NCBI RefSeq assembly: GCF_053078305.1
Contig: NZ_CP166879.1
Reading direction: 5' to 3' (one strand)
DNA: 64,000 nt
This document shows, piece by piece, positions 44,160 through 55,350 of the stretch (positions are counted from its first letter, which is position 1; each line of letters begins with the position of its first letter). The translations under genes were made by a program, and so were the position numbers. The notes beneath the pieces are model-generated. The model had not been told where the DNA came from and searched no databases. It saw only the letters and a list, made by a program, of their open reading frames with translations.

Positions 44160-45452
44160 TTAGTGCTGTTCGATCAGTTCATCCAGCTTTTTCTGGCTCG
44201 CTTGCAGCGTGCCAGGGAGATCGGCTTTACCCACGGTGACGTTATGCACCATTGAACTCACCACGCCAGAACCCGTCACATCACCCATGCGGGTAAAGTT
44301 TTTATCCCCTACTGCGCCAAAAACCTGAATATTTGGCAGTTCACCGATTAGCTGATTCGGTAGTTCACCCAGCGCCTTGATCACGTCGTTGTCTTTCCAG
44401 GTGGCGGTAGTGACAACCGCTTTGTTCACCGGCAGTGCCGCGCCTGGCGACATCATCACCCAGTCGGCAATGTTGTCCGCCTGCTCCATAAAGGTGACAA
44501 ATTTTTCAGCCGCTTCCGTTTCTTCAGTCTTTTGCCCGGCGGTAATGGTCAGCGAGGTCAACATGCCGTAGACCGCAGAGTTTTTCTCGGTTGGCACCAC
44601 GAAACCGACGTTTTTCGGGTCACCTTCTTTAATCACAGCCGGAAGGATATAGGTGGAGTAAATCGCCATCGGCGCGGTGCCGTTCATAAAGGCGTCTTTC
44701 ACTTCCATGATGTCGTTAGAACCCGGCATGGTGTTGGCAGCAAGGTCGCGGTAATAGGTCAGCGCCTGCATCATCTCTGGTGTATCAAGGGTGATTTTGC
44801 CTTCGGCGTTAAAGACGTTGGCCTGGTTGGATAACGCAAACTGGGAGAAGGATTGTTCCGTCAGCACGCTTTCTGCCGTAGGCAGCGCAATACCGTATTT
44901 TTTATTCGCCGGGTCATTCAGTTTCTGTGCAACGTCCAGCAGCTGTTGCCAGTTTTTCGGCTCCTCCAGCCCGGCTTTTGCCAGCACATCTTTGCGATAC
45001 CAGATGCCGCCAATCCAGGCGCTGACAGGAACACCGGTCCATGCGCTACCATCTTCGGTACGCACAATACGCAGTACGCCATCGTAAAACGCGCCTTCAC
45101 CAACGTTGCTGATGACCGTGGCAACCGCTTTTCGATCGATAAGCTGCTCTTTATCCATAACTTTGGCGTAGTCATGGCTGGTTTCGATCACTTCCGGCAG
45201 CGAACCGCTACGTGAAAGGGTAATGACTTTAGTGTTATAGGCATCTTCTTCCACGGGCACTTGCTTAATGGTGATGCCCGGGTTTTCTTTTTCAAAACGG
45301 GCAATCAATTTACTGATAACGGCCTGGCGCTCCTGCTCCACCGAAGAATGCATAAATTCGATGGATACATGGGTTTTATTTTCTTCTTTACAGCCTGAAA
45401 TCAGGGCGCAGGAAACTAGTGCTGATAACAGCACGATTTTTGATTTAATCAT
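44160..45452 (-). CDS. ycjN: Periplasmic sugar-binding protein of an ABC transporter, 430 aa
   Basis: Lipoprotein-type signal peptide (LSALVSCALISGC) and an SBP family 1 fold. Confidence 0.85.
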   Translation of the reverse strand: MIKSKIVLLSALVSCALISGCKEENKTHVSIEFMHSSVEQERQAVISKLIARFEKENPGITIKQVPVEEDAYNTKVITLSRSGSLPEVIETSHDYAKVMDKEQLIDRKAVATVISNVGEGAFYDGVLRIVRTEDGSAWTGVPVSAWIGGIWYRKDVLAKAGLEEPKNWQQLLDVAQKLNDPANKKYGIALPTAESVLTEQSFSQFALSNQANVFNAEGKITLDTPEMMQALTYYRDLAANTMPGSNDIMEVKDAFMNGTAPMAIYSTYILPAVIKEGDPKNVGFVVPTEKNSAVYGMLTSLTITAGQKTEETEAAEKFVTFMEQADNIADWVMMSPGAALPVNKAVVTTATWKDNDVIKALGELPNQLIGELPNIQVFGAVGDKNFTRMGDVTGSGVVSSMVHNVTVGKADLPGTLQASQKKLDELIEQH

Positions 45453-45466
45453 GAAATGTTCCTTTT

Positions 45467-47146
45467 TTATTTAATCCACATAACCTGCCAGGGGCGCAGC
45501 GTTATTTCATTACCCAATATATCAACTTCACTAATCAGATCCCGACCGTGCAGGCCAGTAATATTTACATGCTGAATATTTTTACTGACATTAAACAATC
45601 CAGTCAGACAATTACCCTCTGCGTTACTTCTTTGAATACGCATTACGGATGAATTAACCGTATCGATGGTAAAATTATTATCCGGATGAAACTCGTTATG
45701 GCTGCGACGAAGTGTAATTAAACGCGATAACTCATGATATACCGCATGCCTTAATGTAGCTTCATCGTTCAGTTCTCGGGTTATCTCTTCACTGTGATAT
45801 TTTTTACGGTTAATCGCACGGTTATATCCGAGTTTTTCGACACCTGCGTAATCATTACGCGAGCCCAGAATACTTTGAATATATATCGCTGGCACACCGG
45901 GGAAACTTAACAAAATCGCATGGGCAAGGATAAACCTGGCGCGACGTTCTTCATCGCTACTCTCGCGGCGGCTTAACGCATCCATATAGGTGACATTTAT
46001 TTCATAGGGACTGCGCGTACCGTCGGGATTATTTTTCCAGTTTACTAATGCACCTTCCTGCTGTAATGCCTCGACCAGCGCTAATATTTCGCTTTCTGGT
46101 AACAAGCCCCGCAGTGGGTTCAGCCCGATGCCATCGTGAGAGGCGAGGAAGTTAAACCAGGTCGTTTTACCGGAGGGCAAGCTCAGACTTTGCGCCCACT
46201 GGCACAGCGCCTCGACGTTCTGTTTTTGCACCGCATGTAACACCAGCGGCGGCAGCGAGAACTGGTACACCATATGCGCTTCGTCATCGCCGTTGCCAAA
46301 GTAAGCAATGTTGTCTTTATGCGGAACATTGGTCTCGGTAATGATCACTGTGCCTGGCGCGACGTTATCAATAATCGACCGTAACAGTTTGATAATCAGA
46401 TGTGTTTTTTCCAGATGGATGCAGCTTGTTCCCGGCTCTTTCCACATAAAGCCAACGGCATCCAGGCGGACATACTCTGCGCCCTTTTCCAGGTAGCACA
46501 GCAAAACATCCACCATCGCCAGCAACACGTCAGGGCTACGGTAATTCAGGTCAATTTGATCGTCGCTAAAGGTGGTCCATAAATGGCGCGTGGAATTATC
46601 ATCCATTTGAAACGGCGTTAATAGCGGTAATGCACGCGGACGGGTGACAGCGCTGAGATCGGTTTGCGGATCAACCGCAATAAAAAAATCTTCAAAACCT
46701 GGCTGCTGTTGTAAATAGTTTTTAAACCATTCACTTTTTGCCGACATATGGTTGCAGACAAAATCAAACATTAAATGACTGCATTCACCGAGCTGCTGAA
46801 TATCCTGCCACTCCCCCGCTTCACTGGCAACCTGATGATAATCAATTACCGAAAATCCATCATCAGATGACCATGGATAAAAAGGTAATAAATGAACATG
46901 TGAAAAAATGCTTTGCAGCCATTGATGGTAGAACTGATTAAATATGGGTAGTGGTTTTAAATCATTACTGTGAAATTGATCGGCATAGGTAATTAACACG
47001 ACGTCACTTTCATCCCAGTGTTTTTTACGTCGCTGTGTAATTAATCGTTTCGCACTCTCAAGACGCGTTACAAGTTTCTGTAAATGAGTTGCGGTAAATG
47101 TTCCACCGTAGATTTCGTCCAGGTAATCCGTAATTTTCTGTTTCAT
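45467..47146 (-). CDS. ycjM: GH13 sucrose-phosphorylase-like enzyme (glucosylglycerate phosphorylase), 559 aa
   Basis: Start at MKQKITDYLD gives the K-12 length. First gene of the ycjM-V cluster. Confidence 0.8.
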   Translation of the reverse strand: MKQKITDYLDEIYGGTFTATHLQKLVTRLESAKRLITQRRKKHWDESDVVLITYADQFHSNDLKPLPIFNQFYHQWLQSIFSHVHLLPFYPWSSDDGFSVIDYHQVASEAGEWQDIQQLGECSHLMFDFVCNHMSAKSEWFKNYLQQQPGFEDFFIAVDPQTDLSAVTRPRALPLLTPFQMDDNSTRHLWTTFSDDQIDLNYRSPDVLLAMVDVLLCYLEKGAEYVRLDAVGFMWKEPGTSCIHLEKTHLIIKLLRSIIDNVAPGTVIITETNVPHKDNIAYFGNGDDEAHMVYQFSLPPLVLHAVQKQNVEALCQWAQSLSLPSGKTTWFNFLASHDGIGLNPLRGLLPESEILALVEALQQEGALVNWKNNPDGTRSPYEINVTYMDALSRRESSDEERRARFILAHAILLSFPGVPAIYIQSILGSRNDYAGVEKLGYNRAINRKKYHSEEITRELNDEATLRHAVYHELSRLITLRRSHNEFHPDNNFTIDTVNSSVMRIQRSNAEGNCLTGLFNVSKNIQHVNITGLHGRDLISEVDILGNEITLRPWQVMWIK

Positions 47147-47317
47147 GTTGCCTTTCCGTGGTAGCGGTCCCATGAAACGAGAGACTACTCCGCAGAAAAT
47201 AAACTGTCAATTGAGCACAAGGGTTTTAGTCACGCTGGAAATCATTTTTTACCAGGGAAAAAGCGTATTTGTGAGCTGACGCAAATAATCTATAGGGATG
47301 TAAATAAGGTGTGACAG

Positions 47318-47340
47318 AAAAAAACGGCGCATAAGCGCCG
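47318..47340 (-). terminator. Intrinsic terminator after pspE
   Basis: Minus strand reads hairpin cggcgc-ttat-gcgccg followed by U7. Confidence 0.5.
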
Positions 47341-47356
47341 CTCATGGTGAATTCTT

Positions 47357-47671
47357 TTAACCTTTGACCTTCGGCATTGCGATGTCTTTCAGGCCACCGG
47401 CGTTCTCAACGTGGGTATATCCCATCTCGCTAAGGATCTCTTTTGCCTGCCCGGACTGGCGTCCGGCATTGCAATACACTTTCACGGTGTCGTTTTTATC
47501 GGGAACGGCGGTGGCAATGCGCTCTTTCACTTCCTTCAGGGGAATATTGATGGCCCCCTGAACGTGCTCTTGCTGATACTGCTCTGGAACACGAACATCG
47601 ATCCAGTGTTCAGCGGCAAAAACGGGCAGTGAAAACACCAGTGCCAGAGCAAGTAAGCCTTTTTTAAACAT
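47357..47671 (-). CDS. pspE: Periplasmic rhodanese (thiosulfate sulfurtransferase) PspE, 104 aa
   Basis: Signal peptide and rhodanese active-site Cys (VKVYCNAGRQS). Confidence 0.9.
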   Translation of the reverse strand: MFKKGLLALALVFSLPVFAAEHWIDVRVPEQYQQEHVQGAINIPLKEVKERIATAVPDKNDTVKVYCNAGRQSGQAKEILSEMGYTHVENAGGLKDIAMPKVKG

Positions 47672-47745
47672 GTAAGCGTCCTTCTATGGATGAAAATTGC
47701 CATCCATTATAGGCCTGAGATTTAACAATTTTTGCGAAACTCCCC

Positions 47746-47967
47746 TCACCTTTTATAACGCTGTGCCAGTTTATTAGCAGCCCGACTTAACAGCGGTTCC
47801 AGCGCCACAGCCAGCAACATTTTCAGCGGTCGGCGAGCAACTGATTTTATCGCCCAGCCCGCCACACCCGCCGGGCCATAGCGCAGTGCGGTAAGAAGTA
47901 CCAGCTTGCCTGCTAATTTGAAACCAGGCTTTACCTTTTGCCCGGCCTGTTGCCAGCGAGTATTCAT
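47746..47967 (-). CDS. pspD: Phage shock protein D, 73 aa
   Basis: Position in the psp operon. Start at MNTRWQQ. Confidence 0.8.
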
Positions 47968-47975
47968 AACTTTCC

Positions 47976-48335
47976 TCACAGTTGACGGAAACGGCTACGT
48001 AACGTGAATGTATCGGAAGTGACATAACGTTCCATCTCGCGTAAACGCGTTTCACTTGCCGCCAGTTCACGGTCGACTTCATCCAGCAATTCACTGCTGG
48101 AAGGTAGCTGCTCACCAAAGGCCATGTTGTCCGGCATTGGATCAAGCGCAAATGACAAAATGATGTAAGCAACCAGGGTAAACAGCGCCAGACCGAAGAA
48201 AATCGACAACACCACCAGGATACGCACCAGTTTTACCGGTACATCAAAATAGTTGGCAATCCCGGCGCAGACGCCACGGACCATGCCCTGCTGTGGAATA
48301 CGCCATAATTTTTTATTGAGATTAATGCCCGCCAT
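47976..48335 (-). CDS. pspC: Phage shock protein C, 119 aa
   Basis: Single transmembrane helix and leucine-zipper-like C-terminus. ATGA overlap with pspB. Confidence 0.9.
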
Positions 48336-48559
48336 TAGCGATCCCTCCAGTTCGGATGTTCTGCATCAAGAATAGATTCCAGCGCCTGAATACGTTCGCG
48401 CATCCGTTTTGCTTCATCAGCCAGTTGCGCTAATCGCTGCTGCTCACTTTGCGACAATTCACTGCGACCAGAACGATTGCTGTAATGCAGCCATAACCAG
48501 ATCGGTAAAACAAACAGCACAAAAATGGTTAATGGAATAGCCAGAAATAGCGCGCTCAT
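48335..48559 (-). CDS. pspB: Phage shock protein B, 74 aa
   Basis: N-terminal transmembrane helix. Confidence 0.9.
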   Translation of the reverse strand: MSALFLAIPLTIFVLFVLPIWLWLHYSNRSGRSELSQSEQQRLAQLADEAKRMRERIQALESILDAEHPNWRDR

Positions 48560-48612
48560 AAGTACTCCTTAGACGATGAGCGGCGGCGCGTTCGGACGCC
48601 GCCTGGATGTTA

Positions 48613-49353
<741 letters not shown>

Positions 49354-49447
49354 TTATCTTTTTGATTTATAAAGATCTGATTGAAGATTCAACAGCAACA
49401 TGCCAGGATGAATTAGCGAATTACACTAACAAGTGGCGAATTTCATC

Positions 49448-50425
49448 ATGACAGAATACAAAGATAATTTACTCGGTGAGGCAAACAGCTTTCTCGAAGT
49501 GCTGGAACAGGTTTCGCATCTCGCACCGCTGGACAAACCGGTGCTCATCATCGGCGAGCGCGGCACAGGTAAAGAACTGATCGCCAGCCGTCTGCATTAT
49601 CTCTCCTCCCGTTGGCAAGGGCCGTTTATTTCCCTTAACTGCGCGGCGTTAAATGAAAATCTGCTGGATTCCGAACTGTTTGGTCACGAAGCTGGCGCGT
49701 TTACCGGTGCGCAAAAACGTCATCCAGGGAGATTTGAACGTGCCGACGGCGGTACGCTATTTCTTGATGAACTCGCTACGGCACCGATGATGGTGCAGGA
49801 AAAATTATTGCGCGTGATTGAGTACGGTGAACTGGAGCGCGTAGGCGGTAGTCAGCCATTGCAGGTGAATGTGCGGTTGGTATGCGCGACGAATGCCGAT
49901 CTCCCGGCGATGGTCAATGAAGGCACTTTTCGCGCAGACCTGCTCGACCGACTGGCTTTTGATGTTGTACAACTGCCACCACTGCGCGAGCGCGAAAGCG
50001 ACATTATGTTGATGGCAGAACACTTTGCCATCCAGATGTGTCGGGAAATCAAGCTGCCTCTGTTCCCGGGTTTTACCGAGCACGCCAGAGAAACATTGCT
50101 GAATTATCGCTGGCCGGGAAATATTCGTGAATTGAAAAACGTGGTGGAACGTTCAGTGTATCGCCACGGCACCAGCGATTATCCGCTTGATGACATCATT
50201 CTTGATCCCTTTAAACGGCGTCCACCAGAAGAAGCCAACGCCGTTTCAGAAAACACTTCGCTTCCGATGCTGCCGCTGGATTTACGTGAGTTTCAGATGC
50301 AGCAGGAAAAAGAGTTGCTGCAACACAGTTTGCAACAAGGGAAATATAACCAGAAGCGCGCAGCTGAATTGCTGGGGTTAACCTATCATCAGTTCCGCGC
50401 GTTGTTGAAAAAGCACCAGATTTAG
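49448..50425 (+). CDS. pspF: sigma54-dependent activator PspF, 325 aa
   Basis: Walker A GERGTGKE, GAFTGA motif and C-terminal HTH. Start at MTEYKDN; the track ORF begins 5 codons upstream. Confidence 0.85.
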   Translation: MTEYKDNLLGEANSFLEVLEQVSHLAPLDKPVLIIGERGTGKELIASRLHYLSSRWQGPFISLNCAALNENLLDSELFGHEAGAFTGAQKRHPGRFERADGGTLFLDELATAPMMVQEKLLRVIEYGELERVGGSQPLQVNVRLVCATNADLPAMVNEGTFRADLLDRLAFDVVQLPPLRERESDIMLMAEHFAIQMCREIKLPLFPGFTEHARETLLNYRWPGNIRELKNVVERSVYRHGTSDYPLDDIILDPFKRRPPEEANAVSENTSLPMLPLDLREFQMQQEKELLQHSLQQGKYNQKRAAELLGLTYHQFRALLKKHQI

Positions 50426-50446
50426 CGAAGTTGGGCAATACAACTT

Positions 50447-50527
50447 GCCGGATGCGGCGTGAATGCTTTATCCGGCATACATAATCAATACGCCGTTTGC
50501 AGGCCTGATAAGCGCAGCGCATCAGAC
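50447..50527. repeat. REP elements between convergent pspF and puuE
   Basis: tgccggatgcggcgtgaatgctttatccggca and gcctgataagcgcagcgcatcag, REP-type palindromes. Confidence 0.5.
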
Positions 50528-50544
50528 ATTATTGCGTTGGGCTA

Positions 50545-51810
50545 TTAATCGCTCAGCGCATCCTGCAAAATTTTCATTGCCGCATCGAATTGCGCATCCG
50601 GGATGGTCAGCGGATACAGGAAACGAATCACGTTGCCGTATGCGCCACAGGTCAGCAGAAGCAGCCCCTGCGCCAGCGCGCGTTGCTGGATTTTCTGCGC
50701 AATGGCAGCTGACGGTTCCCCCGTTTGCGGGTCGTTAAACTCTGCGGCAATCATCGACCCCAGACCACGTACCGCCTCGATGGCCGGAACGTTTTCTTTA
50801 GCCTCAATCAACGTTTGCGTCAGGCGCTGACCCAGTTGATTCGCGCGTTCGCAGAGTGATTCTTTGTCGATAATGTTGAGCACCGCGTGCGCGGCAGCCA
50901 CCGCCAGCGGGTTACCGGCGTAGGTGCCGCCAAGCCCGCCCGGCGCGGGTGCGTCCATAATATTCGCGTTACCGACCACGCCCGAAAGCGGCATCCCGCC
51001 CGCGAGGCTTTTCGCCATCGTCATTAAATCCGGCTTATCGGCGTAATGATCCATGGCAAACAGCTTACCGGTACGCGCAAAGCCGCTTTGCACTTCATCA
51101 GCAATCATCACAATACCGTGCTCGTCGCACAGGCGGCGAATGGCGGCAACCAGCTCTTTGGGTGCAACGTTGAAACCGCCCTCGCCCTGCACCGGTTCGA
51201 AAATAATGGCCGCGACCTGCTTCGCTTCGATGTCTGATTTAAACAAGCGTTCGATGGCGTCGAGGGAGTCATGTGTTGAAATGCCGTGTAAATCTGACGG
51301 ATAAGGTACGTGATACACCGAACCAGGGAACGGGCCGAAGCCGATTTTGTACGGCGCAACTTTTCCGGTCAGCGCCATGGTCATATACGTACGACCGTGG
51401 AAGCCGCCACTAAATGCAATCACGCCAGGGCGTCCGGTATGGGCGCGAGCAATTTTCACCGCGTTCTCAACCGCTTCCGCGCCGGTAGTGAAGAACGCGG
51501 TTTTGGCCTGCCCGCTCACCGGGGCAAGGGCGTTGATTTTCTCCGCCAGGGTGACGTAGCTTTCATACGGCACAATCTGATACGCGGTGTGGGTAAACTG
51601 TTGCAGCTGCTGCTCCACCGCCGCGACCAGATCAGGGTGGCGATGTCCGGTATTCAGCACCGCAATGCCTGCGGCGAAATCGATGTACTCGTTGCCCTCA
51701 ACATCCTTCAGCGTGGCGTTTTCAGCCGACTGGGCGAAGAAGTTACACATCACGCCAACCCCGCGCGGGGTGGCAGAAAGACGACGCTGATGGAATTCAT
51801 TGTTGCTCAT
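50545..51810 (-). CDS. puuE: 4-Aminobutyrate aminotransferase (class III PLP), 421 aa
   Basis: Class III aminotransferase family sequence. Confidence 0.9.
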   Translation of the reverse strand: MSNNEFHQRRLSATPRGVGVMCNFFAQSAENATLKDVEGNEYIDFAAGIAVLNTGHRHPDLVAAVEQQLQQFTHTAYQIVPYESYVTLAEKINALAPVSGQAKTAFFTTGAEAVENAVKIARAHTGRPGVIAFSGGFHGRTYMTMALTGKVAPYKIGFGPFPGSVYHVPYPSDLHGISTHDSLDAIERLFKSDIEAKQVAAIIFEPVQGEGGFNVAPKELVAAIRRLCDEHGIVMIADEVQSGFARTGKLFAMDHYADKPDLMTMAKSLAGGMPLSGVVGNANIMDAPAPGGLGGTYAGNPLAVAAAHAVLNIIDKESLCERANQLGQRLTQTLIEAKENVPAIEAVRGLGSMIAAEFNDPQTGEPSAAIAQKIQQRALAQGLLLLTCGAYGNVIRFLYPLTIPDAQFDAAMKILQDALSD

Positions 51811-51847
51811 GTTTCACACCTTTTGACTCTTCACTGTTAATCGGAAA

Positions 51848-53128
51848 TTAAACGCCCAGACGATCGCGCAGGCTGTAATACGCCGCGCCCATCGCGGTAA
51901 ACGGTACGCGCAGCGTGCGCCCGCCGGGGAACGGGTAATGCGGCAGATTGGCGAAGGCATCGAAACGTTCGGCGTCGCCGCGCAGCAGTTCGGCAATCAG
52001 ACGCCCGGCGAGGTGGGTACAAGTGACGCCGTGGCCGCTGTAGCCCTGCATGTAATAGATGTTGGTATCGAGGCGACCGAACTGCGGCATACGCGACAGG
52101 GTCAGCAGGAAGTTGCCCGTCCAGCGATAGTCGATTTTGACGCCCTTCAGTTGCGGGAAGGTTTTCAGCAGTTTCGGCACCACAAGGCGCTCAACGTCAT
52201 CCGGGTCGCGTGCGCCATACACTACCCCGCCGCCGTACAGCAGGCGGTTGTCGGCAGTCAGACGGTAGTAATCAAGCAGATAGTTACAGTCTTCAACGCA
52301 GTAGTTTTTCGGGATCAGCGAACGGGCTAAATCGTCTGATAGCCGCTCGGTGGTGATCACCTGCGTGCCGCACGGCATGCTGCGTTTCGCCAGTTCCGGC
52401 TCCACTTTATCGCCCAGATACGCATTCCCGGCGACAATTACATACTTCGCCGTCACCTGGCCTTTGGTAGTACGCACCACGGCGGGCGTGGTGTGCTGGA
52501 TCTGCGTCACCGCAGAAAGCTCATACACACGTCCGCCGTTGAGACGAATGGCATCGGCTTCACCAATGGCGAGGTTCAGCGGGTGAATATGCCCGCCGCT
52601 GTGATCCAGCAGCGCACCAGTGTAGCGATCGCTGGCGACCTCGCGGCGAATGGCGTTGGCGTCCAGCAATTCCAGCTGTTTATTGCCGTAGCGTTCCCAG
52701 TTCTCTTTCTGCTCTTCGAGTGTGGCGAGCTGTTTATCATTCATCGCCACAAACAGGCCGCCGGGGCGGTAGTCGCAGTCAATCTGATAACGTTTGATAC
52801 GTTCGCGGATGATCTCTCCGCCTTCAAACATCATGCTGCCGAGCATACGGGCGGTGTCCATGCCGTAGCTTTTTTCGATAACGTCGATGTCGCGGCTGTA
52901 GGAGTTCACAAGCTGCCCGCCGTTGCGCCCGCTGGCGCCAAAGCCGATGCGTGAGGCTTCCAGAACCACCACGTCAAAGCCCGCTTCCGCCAGATGCAGT
53001 GCGGAAGACAGCCCGGTATAGCCGCCGCCAACCACGCAAACGTCGCAGGTGATTGACTCATTCAGCGTGTCGAATGGCGCGTATTTATTCGCACTGGCGG
53101 CGTAGTAACTGCTGGTATGTTCGGTCAT
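51848..53128 (-). CDS. puuB: gamma-Glutamylputrescine oxidase (FAD), 426 aa
   Basis: FAD-binding motif VVGGGYTG. Confidence 0.9.
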   Translation of the reverse strand: MTEHTSSYYAASANKYAPFDTLNESITCDVCVVGGGYTGLSSALHLAEAGFDVVVLEASRIGFGASGRNGGQLVNSYSRDIDVIEKSYGMDTARMLGSMMFEGGEIIRERIKRYQIDCDYRPGGLFVAMNDKQLATLEEQKENWERYGNKQLELLDANAIRREVASDRYTGALLDHSGGHIHPLNLAIGEADAIRLNGGRVYELSAVTQIQHTTPAVVRTTKGQVTAKYVIVAGNAYLGDKVEPELAKRSMPCGTQVITTERLSDDLARSLIPKNYCVEDCNYLLDYYRLTADNRLLYGGGVVYGARDPDDVERLVVPKLLKTFPQLKGVKIDYRWTGNFLLTLSRMPQFGRLDTNIYYMQGYSGHGVTCTHLAGRLIAELLRGDAERFDAFANLPHYPFPGGRTLRVPFTAMGAAYYSLRDRLGV

Positions 53129-53129
53129 T

Positions 53130-54617
53130 TCAGGCCTCCAGGCTTATCCAGATGGTTTTCAGTTCGGTGAATTTTTCAAGGGCATGCAGGGATTTGTCGC
53201 GACCGTTACCACTCTGCTTATAGCCACCAAATGGCACGGTCATATCGCCGTCGTTGTAGTTATTGACGAAGACGGAACCGGCCTTCAGGCGGCGGCTCAT
53301 ACGGTGCGCGCGGGAGAGATCGCGCGTCCATACCGCCGCGCCGAGGCCATACTGGCTGTCGTTGGCAAGCTGTAGCGCCTGGTCTTCTGATTTGAAACGC
53401 GTGACCACCAGCACCGGGCCGAAAATCTCTTCGCGACTTAAGGACGCATTCGGGTCTACATCCACAAAGATGGTCGGGCCGATGGCCGCCGCCAGCTCGG
53501 CGTTACGACCATCCAGCAGCAGTCGCCCTTTGCCTTCGCCTTCACGAATAAATCTATGCACCGAATCAGCGTGGGCGCAGTCGATTAAGGTGCCCATGGT
53601 GGTTGCGGGATCAAGTGGATGGCCCGGCTGCCAGTTTTGCGCCTGCTGTTTTAACAGGGCTAAGAATTCATCGGCGATGCTCTCTTCCAGCAACAGGCGC
53701 GTTCCGGCGATACACACCTGCCCCTGGTTGTAGAAAATGCCCGCAGCGGTCGCACTCGCCGCTTTTTGCAGATCCGGGCAGTCAGCGAAAACGATGTTGG
53801 CGCTTTTGCCACCTGCTTCCAGCCAGACGCGTTTCATGTTGCTGTCGCCCGCATCTTTCAGCAGCTGTTTCCCGGTACGGGTCGAACCGGGAAAGGCGAT
53901 GGCATCGATATCGTTATGACGCGAAAGCGCCTGCCCCGCTTCATGACCAAAACCCGTCACTACGTTCAGTACGCCATCCGGCAGACCTGCTTCTTTCGCC
54001 AGCCCGGCGAGACGAATCGCACTGAGCGGTGATTTTTCAGACGGTTTTAGAATCACGCTGTTTCCCGCCGCCAGCGCCGGTCCGAGTTTCCAGCAAGTCA
54101 GCAGCAGCGGGAAGTTCCACGGCACGATGGCGGCAATTACGCCGACCGGTTCACGCACGATCATCGCCAGCTCATGGCTACTGGTGGTCGCCACTTCGCC
54201 ATACACTTTGTCGATCGCTTCGGCGTACCAGCGAATGGCGCGCGCCGCGCCGGGTATATCATCACGCAGACTGTGACGAATCGGTTTGCCGGTGTCGAGA
54301 GTTTCCAGCAGTGCCAGCTCTTCGGCGTTGGCTTCCATTAAATCGGCGAGTTTATTCAGCACCGCTTTACGTTTTGCCGGAGAAGAGAGTGACCAGTCGC
54401 CGCGTTCAAATACGCCGCGTGCTGCGCTCACCGCACGGTCGATATCGACGCTCTTGCCGCGCGCAATATTCGCCAGCGGTGCCTGGGTAACCGGATCAAC
54501 GATTTCAAAGGTTTCATTTTCCGCCGCAGCAGTATATTCACCGTTAATAAATAAGCGGTTTTCAATGGCGAGACTTAACGCTTTATCCTGCCAGTAAGCC
54601 AGATGATGAAAATTCAT
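53130..54617 (-). CDS. puuC: gamma-Glutamyl-gamma-aminobutyraldehyde dehydrogenase (ALDH family), 495 aa
   Basis: ALDH motifs. Start at MNFHHLAYWQDK; the track ORF extends 32 codons upstream. Confidence 0.85.
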   Translation of the reverse strand: MNFHHLAYWQDKALSLAIENRLFINGEYTAAAENETFEIVDPVTQAPLANIARGKSVDIDRAVSAARGVFERGDWSLSSPAKRKAVLNKLADLMEANAEELALLETLDTGKPIRHSLRDDIPGAARAIRWYAEAIDKVYGEVATTSSHELAMIVREPVGVIAAIVPWNFPLLLTCWKLGPALAAGNSVILKPSEKSPLSAIRLAGLAKEAGLPDGVLNVVTGFGHEAGQALSRHNDIDAIAFPGSTRTGKQLLKDAGDSNMKRVWLEAGGKSANIVFADCPDLQKAASATAAGIFYNQGQVCIAGTRLLLEESIADEFLALLKQQAQNWQPGHPLDPATTMGTLIDCAHADSVHRFIREGEGKGRLLLDGRNAELAAAIGPTIFVDVDPNASLSREEIFGPVLVVTRFKSEDQALQLANDSQYGLGAAVWTRDLSRAHRMSRRLKAGSVFVNNYNDGDMTVPFGGYKQSGNGRDKSLHALEKFTELKTIWISLEA

Positions 54618-54766
54618 TATGACTCCTGTTTCACGTCTATCAGATATATGCAGTTTGTGAACGTCAGGGCGCAGAGATCCCCGGGCCGTATGCCCGTTTA
54701 TTTCTGGCGACATTCTTTATGGATTGCCGGGCGCATTGCGCTTACCCGGCTTACAGAACAAAAAGA

Positions 54767-55324
54767 TTAAAACGTGGTGGGCGTATGGGCGCTGATAATT
54801 CGGCAAATACCTGCCGACGTATTACTGAAACTGTGCGGGATGCCGGTATTAATGGCATAACTTTGCCCCGCGACGAGGTGGTAATCCTGACCATTAATCG
54901 TCAGAACAATTTCACCTTCCAGTACAGTGCCTATTTCCTCACCCTGATGCTTAATTCTTTCCCCAGTGGTTGTGCCCGGCTGGTACGTTTCAAAGATCAT
55001 CGCCAGCGTGCGATTCGGGTTACCGTTATGAACCAGCTTCATTGACACACCCTGACTGCCCATCTCAATTAAATCGTCCTGATTAATGACGACCTGCGGC
55101 TCATCAGGTTTTTCCGGCTCGGAAAAGAATTCCGAGAGTGACAGACCATACACCTTCAGCAGCTTTTGCAGCGTACTGATGGCAGGGCTGACTTTATCTT
55201 GTTCTATCGTACTGATAGCACTGTGAGTCAGCCCGGAGAGTTCGGCGGCACGACGTTGTGAAAGCCCCTGCTGCTGGCGGATTTCCGACAAGCGTTTTCC
55301 TGGCGCCAGTCCCTCATCACTCAT
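54767..55324 (-). CDS. puuR: Putrescine-utilisation repressor PuuR (XRE HTH plus cupin), 185 aa
   Basis: XRE-type HTH (LSQRRAAELSGLTHSAISTIEQ) and a C-terminal cupin. Confidence 0.9.
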   Translation of the reverse strand: MSDEGLAPGKRLSEIRQQQGLSQRRAAELSGLTHSAISTIEQDKVSPAISTLQKLLKVYGLSLSEFFSEPEKPDEPQVVINQDDLIEMGSQGVSMKLVHNGNPNRTLAMIFETYQPGTTTGERIKHQGEEIGTVLEGEIVLTINGQDYHLVAGQSYAINTGIPHSFSNTSAGICRIISAHTPTTF

Positions 55325-55350
55325 ATTTGCATTTCCTTAAACTGTAGTGG

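Noticed and set aside
52493-52954. 153-aa plus-strand ORF antisense to puuB, and similar ORFs antisense to puuC, tyrR and ycjX
   Set aside because: No motifs or translation signals; each overlaps a gene whose product is confidently identified on the other strand.
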